Positions 9,710 through 17,114 of a stretch of 61,340 nucleotides of DNA are shown here, piece after piece (the stretch's first letter is position 1; each line of letters begins with the position of its first letter). The position numbers and the translations under genes are program-made. Source of the DNA: Candidatus Woesebacteria bacterium UBA5941 (GTDB lineage: Bacteria; Patescibacteriota; Microgenomatia; UBA8517). The stretch spans positions 25,747 through 87,086 of the forward strand of contig DJCV01000004.1 of assembly GCA_002430735.1 (NCBI GenBank), read 5' to 3'. The notes beneath the pieces are model-generated. The model was not told the DNA's origin, ran no database searches, and was given only the letters and a program-made list of their open reading frames with translations.

Positions 9710-10707
9710 AGGTTTCAGTTGTCGTTACAATCTATAACAATGAGTCGACAATTTTGAGAGTTGTAAACGCAATTCGCAAATCTTCCTATCAAAACATTGA
9801 AATAATTTTGGTTGATGACGGAAGCACTGACAAAAGCCTAAAACTAATTACTTCAACGGCAAAGAATCAGCATGTTTTCCGACTCACTGAAAATCGTGGT
9901 CGGGTGTACGCTCGAAATTACGGCTTTGAAAAAGCAACTGGAGACATCATCGTGAACGTAGACTCAGATGTAGTTATACAAAAAAACACAATTCAAACTG
10001 TTGTTACTTATTTGACGGAACACTCTGAGGTTTCAGCAGTAACAGGACGGGTACAAAAAACAAGCGAATACGAAAACTTCGCCAGTGTCTACAAAAACCT
10101 CTATATGCATTATTATTTTGGATTGCTCCCCAAAGAGGTTAACTTTTTGTATGGGTCATTTTTTGCTATCAGAAAAACTGCCTATAAAAAAATTCCCCAC
10201 TCATCACAGGTAAAAATCGCTGATGACACATCACTCGGACAGGCTCTGATTTACGAAAATTTTACAATCCACTTAAACAAGAATCTTATGGTAAATCACT
10301 TGAAACGATTTACTCTGTGGTCGCTTATAAAGAACGACTTCACCATTAGTAGTGATTGGGCGTACTTGTTTATCCAGTATTCTGGCTGGACACAGCTTTT
10401 TAAGAAAAACACAGGATATGCGCATGCTTCAAAAGGACAAATTGCAAGCATTACTCTAATAGGAGCTGTCGTCTTTCTTCCTTTACTTTTTGCATATAGC
10501 AAAACTTTGGCGATAGGTGTGTCAATGTTCATTGGTTTACTCCTTGTATGTATAAATCGCACGTTTTTCGCGTATCTATCTTCACAACCTCTCTTGTTTT
10601 TCATCAAAGCGATTTCATGGACTATTCTCGACTATGGCATCATGCTCTGTGGAATCAGTCATGGGATTTTTAAATATATGCTCAATAAAAAGAATACCCT
10701 TGTGTGA
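9706..10707 (+). CDS. Glycosyltransferase family 2 with C-terminal transmembrane segments
   Basis: KVSVVVTIYNNESTILRVVNAIRKSSYQNIEIILVDDGSTDKS...VNVDSDV. The C-terminal ~100 aa are hydrophobic. ATGA overlap with the previous GT2. Confidence 0.75.
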   Translation: MKVSVVVTIYNNESTILRVVNAIRKSSYQNIEIILVDDGSTDKSLKLITSTAKNQHVFRLTENRGRVYARNYGFEKATGDIIVNVDSDVVIQKNTIQTVVTYLTEHSEVSAVTGRVQKTSEYENFASVYKNLYMHYYFGLLPKEVNFLYGSFFAIRKTAYKKIPHSSQVKIADDTSLGQALIYENFTIHLNKNLMVNHLKRFTLWSLIKNDFTISSDWAYLFIQYSGWTQLFKKNTGYAHASKGQIASITLIGAVVFLPLLFAYSKTLAIGVSMFIGLLLVCINRTFFAYLSSQPLLFFIKAISWTILDYGIMLCGISHGIFKYMLNKKNTLV

Positions 10708-10735
10708 GGAGGCACTGAGTCGCTACAATTGACAC

Positions 10736-11086
10736 ATGAACTTATTGGTCGTTTTAGCACAAGGCATTGTAGACAATAGCGCAAACACTCAATGCGACAC
10801 TCCTCCCTGTCCGAACACCCTCCAAGATTTTGAATCTGTCTTTGCTTCAATACTTGCCGCAATCATCCCACTTGCAGGAATCGTACTATTTGTAGTCGTT
10901 ATGCTTGCAGGATTCAACTGGATGACCGCTGGAAGCGATACAAAGAAAGCTGAATCCGCTCGAAACATGGCAACCTATGGCATTATTGGAATTACAACAC
11001 TCGCCTTGTCTTTCCTTATCTTGAGGGTTATTGCCTCATTTACCGGAATCGAAAGCTTACTTAATTTCCAGATATTCCAACCATAA
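10736..11086 (+). CDS. T4SS pilin-like protein P9 (separated from P1-P8 by the glycosylation cassette)
   Basis: N-terminus MNLLVVLAQ. VVMLAGFNWMTAGSDTKKAESARNMATYGIIGITTLALSF. Confidence 0.75.
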   Translation: MNLLVVLAQGIVDNSANTQCDTPPCPNTLQDFESVFASILAAIIPLAGIVLFVVVMLAGFNWMTAGSDTKKAESARNMATYGIIGITTLALSFLILRVIASFTGIESLLNFQIFQP

Positions 11087-11125
11087 ACACGCAATCTACT
11101 TGCGCAATAAGAAAAATATCGTGTA

Positions 11126-11134
11126 TGGTAGAAT
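11126..11134 (+). promoter_or_regulatory. Extended -10 element TGgTAGAAT upstream of the VirB6-like gene
   Basis: gtgtaTGgTAGAATagtagatttcttaaATG. It lies 14 nt before the ATG at 11149. Confidence 0.4.
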
Positions 11135-11148
11135 AGTAGATTTCTTAA

Positions 11149-12813
11149 ATGAAAAAACAATTAATTACCGTACTCACCATGCTCGTTTTAGTCGCAGGAA
11201 TGATTGCGCCATCCTCTGTTTCAGCACAAGCTGTTGGTGACACTTCAAAGTGGTGGAATATTGGGTTTAAAGATTTCTCAAACAAAGTGAACGGTGTAGA
11301 TACAAATGGTGCGGCTATTCCTGACAATGAAATTTTTGGGGAGAGATATACATTCGCTCAGGTAAACTGGATCGTTAACTCCCTTGCAATGCTGCAACTT
11401 GGTGGTGGCATGGCATCTTGTTTTGGTTCAAACCCTCCTGGAGGATCAATGGAAGCTTGTATTGAACAAGTTCAAGCACAATCAATGAGCAGTCCCCTCA
11501 TGTTCTTAGCAACAATGAACGATACAATGCTTTCAGTACGCCCAGCCTCAGGGTTAAACTACGTAGCTCAAAAAATTGACCAAGTATCCCCAATTAAAAC
11601 TGCATACGCACAAACTGGATTCGGATATAGAACTATCGCTCCACTGCAGAGGCTCTGGACGTCATTTAGAAACATTGCCTTTGGAATGACTGCGTTTGCA
11701 ATCATTATCCTAGCATTCATGATCATGTTACGACAAAAAATCTCCCCTCAAGTTGTTATTACTGCACAATCTGCATTACCAAAGCTTGCAATTGCACTCG
11801 TATTCATCACATTCTCCTATGCGATTGCTGGTCTCTTAATAGACTTCGCATACGTCGTCATGGGACTTGGTGCCGCGGTTATCGGTTCAAGTGGATTATT
11901 AAAGAGCGCTCCAAGTATTGTTGAAATCTTTGATAAAGTGAATAACCCGATCTCCGGATTCGCCGGATGGACCTTAATTTTAGGTGCCGTTCTTCTCGCT
12001 GCTCCTATCGCTGGAGCTTTCACTGGAATCATTACTGGAGGTTTGGGCGCTGTAATTGGAGCTGTTTCTGGAATTATTGCCGTTATTCTCCTTGCACTTG
12101 CATTGGTCGCAATCTTTAGAATCTTTATCACCATGCTTCGCTCTTTTGCGACCATCGTCTTCTTAGTTATTGGTGGGCCAATAATTGGGGTTATGAGTGT
12201 GCTCTCAGTCGGACCTGGTATTGGTGGATGGATTAAGCAAATGGTTGCTCAGTTATCAGTATTCGTGACTATTTGTTTAGTAATGCTTCTCTCCCACATG
12301 ATCTTCTGGACAATGTCACCTGAAGTTGACGGATGGCTTGGAGATATCGTTGTTGGTGGAGCAAATTATTATAACTTTGATACAGGTTCAATTGGCGCAG
12401 GCACAATTCAATTCCCCGGTTTCGGTGGATTCCCTGTGCAATTTATTGGCCTCTTTGTAGGGTTCGGTATTCTCTTCTCTGCTCCAAAGCTCGCACAAGG
12501 AGTTCGAGATCAAATCTTAACAGGTCGTGGAAGTTATGGCTTTGATACTTGGGGAACAATGGCAGGCCCAGTTGCCGGTGTTACCGCCGCTTCTTATGCA
12601 GCTGGTCAGAAATATGCAGGGGGATTGGCTACAACTGCATTTAATAACAGTCGTATGGGAGCAAACGTGCGGGCCGCTAGTTCACAAATGGCAAATCGAC
12701 TTACGGATATGTTTAATAGAGGTGGAGGCAGTGGGTCAACAACACAACCTGCACAAAATGCACAAAATTCTGTAAAGGCGAATAGTCGGAGTGGCCCGTA
12801 CGATAAGATTTAA
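11149..12813 (+). CDS. VirB6/TrbL-like polytopic T4SS channel protein
   Basis: Signal peptide ending VSAQ, then 554 aa with a Gly/Ala-rich multi-TM core (6 or more helices) and a hydrophilic C-tail. The size, topology and position inside a VirB4 locus fit VirB6/TrbL. There is no catalytic motif to confirm the call. Confidence 0.5.
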   Translation: MKKQLITVLTMLVLVAGMIAPSSVSAQAVGDTSKWWNIGFKDFSNKVNGVDTNGAAIPDNEIFGERYTFAQVNWIVNSLAMLQLGGGMASCFGSNPPGGSMEACIEQVQAQSMSSPLMFLATMNDTMLSVRPASGLNYVAQKIDQVSPIKTAYAQTGFGYRTIAPLQRLWTSFRNIAFGMTAFAIIILAFMIMLRQKISPQVVITAQSALPKLAIALVFITFSYAIAGLLIDFAYVVMGLGAAVIGSSGLLKSAPSIVEIFDKVNNPISGFAGWTLILGAVLLAAPIAGAFTGIITGGLGAVIGAVSGIIAVILLALALVAIFRIFITMLRSFATIVFLVIGGPIIGVMSVLSVGPGIGGWIKQMVAQLSVFVTICLVMLLSHMIFWTMSPEVDGWLGDIVVGGANYYNFDTGSIGAGTIQFPGFGGFPVQFIGLFVGFGILFSAPKLAQGVRDQILTGRGSYGFDTWGTMAGPVAGVTAASYAAGQKYAGGLATTAFNNSRMGANVRAASSQMANRLTDMFNRGGGSGSTTQPAQNAQNSVKANSRSGPYDKI

Positions 12814-12917
12814 TTAACATTTCTCTTCTTCACACCTCATACTTCGATGTTTTTTCACGCTATGCGCGTTTGTTTCCTGTGCGCAATGTGATAATGAAGA
12901 GTTATCGAAGCGGTTAC

Positions 12918-15158
12918 TTATTTCCCACGAGTGTTGCCTAACCCAACAACGCGCAAAAGGTTAACTTGTTCGGCGAAATCATCAAATGCCGCTTCTCTTG
13001 CAGGAGCTTCAAATCCACTATAGTCTGCAATAAAATCCCACATCGGTTGACCATCATTGGTCTTTTGCTTAAATGGATAAATACGCCCAACTTTGTACTC
13101 GCGACTTCCAGGTACCAGCTTATACGATACTTCTACAAGCCCTGTACCGTCATCTCGTCCTGCTTTTAATCCTTGTGTAATTACTTCGCGCAATTCATCA
13201 TGTAACTGACTTGCATGGCCTCCGTTGAACGCAGCTCCGCGTAATGCGTGTGAATAATAGAAGAAGAATAGCTGCATCGAGTTATTCGGATCAAACTGCT
13301 TGAATTTGTCGTACATTTTAATCAAATCCTGATCGTTCTGGAGACTCTGTAAGTTAAAATCAGTCTTTGTAAGCAAATCTTTAATTTCAAAGACCTTAGG
13401 AATATATGATTCGAGGTAACTCTTATATACGTTTGTTTCGAGCTTACTAAAATCAACTCCATGAAAATCAAGTGCTCGTGGATGATCACCTGCGAGTGTT
13501 TGATTTTCAATCAAGAGCTCCACCTTTTGTCTATTAGGAGTATCAGCATTAACTGCTGCATATTCATCTCCGAAAAACACTCTCTGTCCCCCGTGGTTGT
13601 CTGCATACTTTGATCTTCGTAGGAATGATGTTGCAATCGTTGGAATATGTCCAGCAGAAAGCGCAAATCCTTTTTTATCTCGAATTCGCCATGTTGAGAA
13701 ATACATGGCTTCGGACATATATGCTTGAATCTTTGCTTTACCACCAGTGGTATCCCACAGTGATTTTTCAAACGTGGCTTCAGCTAATCGGTCAGCCAAT
13801 TGAACTGATTTTCGTGCGTCAGCAATGGTCATACCCCGCTGGGCGTGAAGAGCGAGAAGTTGTTGAGCAACATCTTCGTTAATTGACTCAGAATCTGTTC
13901 GCTGATGGGAATATTCACCACGGAGCGCCGCAGCTTGTAAAAGACCCATCGCATCTGCGGTATACAAGCCTGGAATTTCTCCTCCAAACTCTCGCTCTGC
14001 TAAAAAGACGTTTAAAGAATCACCATTCAAGCCATATGCACCAATTTTAATGACAGCATCTGAGAATGCACGCTTAATCCCCTCTGCATCAGCGGTGTTT
14101 ACTTTTTGAAGCGCTGACCAACACACTTGTAAACGCAATCGTGCATCAACCATCCTTCTGTTTTCTGAATCAAGAAGCGGCATCACTGTTTCGAGAGCAT
14201 TTCGATAATTCTTAAAGTTAGAATCATCTGGGGTCATTTCAGGTTTTTCTAATTCATCTAAAATTAAGCCGAGGGCATGTCGTTGATCTTCTGGGTATAA
14301 GTGTTCAATGTTAGAAAGCCGAATCGTTGGATTTTGTGTGCGATCCATGACTTGCTCCATAATCCTACTGGGGCTTCTCTCTGACTCAGCAACTCTCTGA
14401 CCAACCGCAGCAGCCATTGCATCTCGATATTGTTTTACTTTATATTCCGCCATCCCAATGAAGGTCGCGTCATTGTCGCTGTCAACACCTCGCCATTCGC
14501 GCAATCGTCGGAGTAAATCTTGTTGAGCTTCAGGAGACAATTCCCCGCGCGATAATTGTAAAACTTCAGCCTCAAAACCATCTCTACGCGTATTTATACT
14601 GTCAAAAAGTCCATTCTCTTCAGCGAAATTTTCAAGCTGTGAGATTTTAGTATTGACCACATCTAGATTTCGTTGATATGTTGCATCTTGAGGATGGGCT
14701 CTGACCTGGTCCTTCAACTCTTCTCTTACGCGTTGTAATCGATTAAAAGACGCCCCTTCTAATGTTCTCCAATAATCCTTCTCTGCATTTGAAAAATTTA
14801 TGCCTTCTGGTGGTTCTCTTAACTCATTTTCAGCACGCTCTCTTAAATTTAAAACATCACGAGCAGGAACATGCGATTGATCAAGCTGTGCATAGACTTC
14901 TTCAACGGGCAATATAACTTGTTGGTTTTCTATCCATGAAGTCTCTTTTGGGAGTCGAGATTGAGGTTCAGTTGGTTGAGGTTGTGGAGTTTGCTCACGA
15001 GCGACATGAACCGACTCAGGTTCATTCTGTTCAGTTGAAGGATGTACATATGCATCCCAATTTGCGTTTCGAAATGGATCATTTTCTGCGGACATAGATG
15101 TATCTTCTGACATATTCATAGAATAAACGATTTCAGAATCACTTGCCAGAAGTGGCAT
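12918..15158 (-). CDS. Hypothetical 746-aa acidic soluble protein, opposite strand inside the T4SS-like locus
   Basis: Long uninterrupted ORF with no TM segment, no signal peptide and no nucleotide-binding motif that I can see. Acidic, Q/E/P-rich N-terminus. Confidence 0.6.
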   Translation of the reverse strand: MPLLASDSEIVYSMNMSEDTSMSAENDPFRNANWDAYVHPSTEQNEPESVHVAREQTPQPQPTEPQSRLPKETSWIENQQVILPVEEVYAQLDQSHVPARDVLNLRERAENELREPPEGINFSNAEKDYWRTLEGASFNRLQRVREELKDQVRAHPQDATYQRNLDVVNTKISQLENFAEENGLFDSINTRRDGFEAEVLQLSRGELSPEAQQDLLRRLREWRGVDSDNDATFIGMAEYKVKQYRDAMAAAVGQRVAESERSPSRIMEQVMDRTQNPTIRLSNIEHLYPEDQRHALGLILDELEKPEMTPDDSNFKNYRNALETVMPLLDSENRRMVDARLRLQVCWSALQKVNTADAEGIKRAFSDAVIKIGAYGLNGDSLNVFLAEREFGGEIPGLYTADAMGLLQAAALRGEYSHQRTDSESINEDVAQQLLALHAQRGMTIADARKSVQLADRLAEATFEKSLWDTTGGKAKIQAYMSEAMYFSTWRIRDKKGFALSAGHIPTIATSFLRRSKYADNHGGQRVFFGDEYAAVNADTPNRQKVELLIENQTLAGDHPRALDFHGVDFSKLETNVYKSYLESYIPKVFEIKDLLTKTDFNLQSLQNDQDLIKMYDKFKQFDPNNSMQLFFFYYSHALRGAAFNGGHASQLHDELREVITQGLKAGRDDGTGLVEVSYKLVPGSREYKVGRIYPFKQKTNDGQPMWDFIADYSGFEAPAREAAFDDFAEQVNLLRVVGLGNTRGK

Positions 15159-15248
15159 AGCATACCATAATTATGGGCTAGAATCAATCCATTGCGCATG
15201 ATAAAATGCTGCTCATAGTTCACAGAATAGATTGAGAAGGAGTTACTC

Positions 15249-15863
15249 ATGCTCACCGACTTTTATAAAGTCCTCGGTTTCACTGCGATTGTAGATGTGG
15301 CAGAGGTGGAAACACGGTACGCTGAACTAAAAAAAACTAATAGTCCAGCAGCGATTAGCAAAAAAAAATCGCAATATGAAAGGGCATGTCAAAAGAAAGG
15401 GATTGAGCCAGAGACAGCGCAATTGCAGCAATTTGAAGAGGAATTAGCACGCGCACAGCGGGAATTCCCTCGCATTACGGAAGCGTATGAAATGCTGAGC
15501 ACTCCTAAAAGTAAAGATGTGTATGACCAGTACTGGGAAAGTGTCTATGAAGGTTGTGTGAGCGAAACACTTGCACGACACACACTTACAGCAGCAGGAC
15601 TTCCTAATATCAGTGATGAGACGCCAGAACCGAGTACTCGTCAATCCGTTACCGCGACTATCCCAAAGCCAAGTATGAGGGTGTTTCTACGTTTGTTCTT
15701 GGGGATTATATTAATACTTGTTGTGATACAAGTGATTGACGGGAGAGGAATGTGGATTGTATGCACATTCCCTTGTCTCAGCCTTGGACTTACATACATA
15801 ATTCTGCTGTTGCATAGAATTGTGCAGATTATACTCAAATGGCGGTCCATGCCGACAGCATAA
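15249..15863 (+). CDS. J-domain-like membrane-anchored protein lacking the HPD motif
   Basis: DFYKVLGFTAIVDVAEVETRYAELKK ... ITEAYEMLSTPKSKDVYDQYW resembles J-domain helices I and III, but an insertion replaces HPD. C-terminal TM segments VFLRLFLGIILILVVIQVI and PCLSLGLTYIILLL. SD AAGGAG upstream. Confidence 0.5.
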   Translation: MLTDFYKVLGFTAIVDVAEVETRYAELKKTNSPAAISKKKSQYERACQKKGIEPETAQLQQFEEELARAQREFPRITEAYEMLSTPKSKDVYDQYWESVYEGCVSETLARHTLTAAGLPNISDETPEPSTRQSVTATIPKPSMRVFLRLFLGIILILVVIQVIDGRGMWIVCTFPCLSLGLTYIILLLHRIVQIILKWRSMPTA

Positions 15864-15885
15864 CACCAGCAATTACCTGTTTTCG

Positions 15886-15917
15886 GAACTCGGGAGACAT
15901 ACCCCGAGTTCTTTTTT
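15886..15917 (+). terminator. Rho-independent terminator
   Basis: GAACTCGGG-agacata-CCCGAGTTC (perfect 9-bp stem) followed by TTTTTTT. Confidence 0.8.
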
Positions 15918-15952
15918 TGGGCTTGTGAAAACTCCACCCCTTGAAAGCTCAC

Positions 15953-15982
15953 TTCACACAAGAGATGATAAGGTGTTAAACT
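15953..15982 (+). promoter_or_regulatory. Putative promoter of the prgI-virB4 operon (TTCACA-N18-TAAACT with TGn extension)
   Basis: acTTCACAcaagagatgataaggTGtTAAACTat. Shares the 12-mer GTGTTAAACTAT with the pilin-array promoter at 5747-5758. Confidence 0.4.
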
Positions 15983-16005
15983 ATCAGATTTTTTAGTCAC
16001 CTTTT

Positions 16006-17112
16006 ATGTTTGAACAACATCCAGTACCTCAACAAATTAGCTCATACCAATTTCGGTTAGTTGGTGACATGACGTTAAAGCAGTTCTTTCAGCTTGCTGG
16101 CGGGGCTGTGATTGGTCTATTAATATACGCATCCCCTCTTCCTTCAATTTTTAAATGGCCGCTTATTATTTTCTTTGTCATCATGGGTGCAGCTTTTGCG
16201 TTTCTGCCCTTGCAAGAGCGCCCTCTGGAAGAGTGGATCGCAGCTTTTTTCAGAGCGATTTACGGACCGACACAATACAGTTGGGGGAAACTTGGAAAAG
16301 TTCAATACTACGCAACACCAGAGAGTGCTGTTGCAAAAACCCCGGGAGAATCATCCACGGCGCCAAGTGCAACTGTCCCACAGGAAGTATCTGTTGCAAA
16401 ACTCGAAGCGAGTGAGCATAACTTTTTAAGTAACCTCACCAATATGTTCAGCCTTCACCCAAAAACAGCGAGTGCACCACTTACCACACCTGCTGTACAA
16501 CCCACACCATCAGTCCCAGTAACACAACCAGTCACAACAACCATTCAAGCACAAGAACAGGAAATTATGGCCCGTGTTACTAATCCAACCATGCAACCGG
16601 TGCAAACGACAACACCGACCACTCCGCAACCTCTGACACCAAAAGCAGGAACACTCTTTGTGGCCACACCGGCGCAACCGGCTATTAGTATTGAGAAAAA
16701 TGCACCAGTCATTATTCCTCAAGCACCAATTGCAACACCCGTAATGACCACGGCGCCAGTTGCTCAAACACTCGTTGAAAACAAGCCAGATACCACGGTA
16801 CAGGCACAATTCTCTCCTGATGCCGCACCTCCCAGCCCTGCCACGATTCCAAACGTTATCGTTGGGCAAGTCATGACACATGACTCAAAGATTGTAGAAG
16901 GCGCTATTATGGAAATTACTGATTTCCAAGGACGGCCAGTTCGAGCACTAAAAACAAATAAGGCTGGTCATTTCATGATTGTCACTCCTCTTCCTAACGG
17001 ATCATATAAGATAAACATTGAAAAAGACGGACTTATTTTTGAACCGCTACAGTTTGAAGCTCACGGAACAATCGTTCCACCCATTGCCATCAAGGCAAAA
17101 CCTAACCAATAA
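16006..17112 (+). CDS. PrgI-family (VirB3-like) membrane protein fused to a Pro/Thr-rich linker and a C-terminal carboxypeptidase-regulatory-like beta-sandwich
   Basis: N-terminus HPVPQQISSYQFRLVGDMTLKQFFQLAGGAVIGLLIY...WPLIIFFVIMGAAFAFLPLQERPLEEWI is PrgI-like with two TMs. A long P/T/Q/A linker follows. C-terminus GQVMTHDSKIVEGAIMEITDFQGRPVRALKTNKAGHFMIVTPLPNGSYKINIEKDG. Confidence 0.65.
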   Translation: MFEQHPVPQQISSYQFRLVGDMTLKQFFQLAGGAVIGLLIYASPLPSIFKWPLIIFFVIMGAAFAFLPLQERPLEEWIAAFFRAIYGPTQYSWGKLGKVQYYATPESAVAKTPGESSTAPSATVPQEVSVAKLEASEHNFLSNLTNMFSLHPKTASAPLTTPAVQPTPSVPVTQPVTTTIQAQEQEIMARVTNPTMQPVQTTTPTTPQPLTPKAGTLFVATPAQPAISIEKNAPVIIPQAPIATPVMTTAPVAQTLVENKPDTTVQAQFSPDAAPPSPATIPNVIVGQVMTHDSKIVEGAIMEITDFQGRPVRALKTNKAGHFMIVTPLPNGSYKINIEKDGLIFEPLQFEAHGTIVPPIAIKAKPNQ

Positions 17113-17114
17113 CA

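Noticed and set aside
15641-16000. 119-aa minus-strand ORF between the J-like gene and prgI
   Set aside because: It overlaps the 3' end of the J-like CDS, a perfect rho-independent terminator and the prgI promoter. It has no motif and no SD.
16510-16881. 123-aa Cys/Arg/Trp-rich minus-strand ORF
   Set aside because: It is antisense to the Pro/Thr-rich linker of the PrgI-like protein. Its composition is the mirror of CCN/ACN codon runs. The same explanation applies to 42516-42746 (antisense to the Pro-rich SBP leader) and to 20621-21004 (antisense to the Gly-zipper block).
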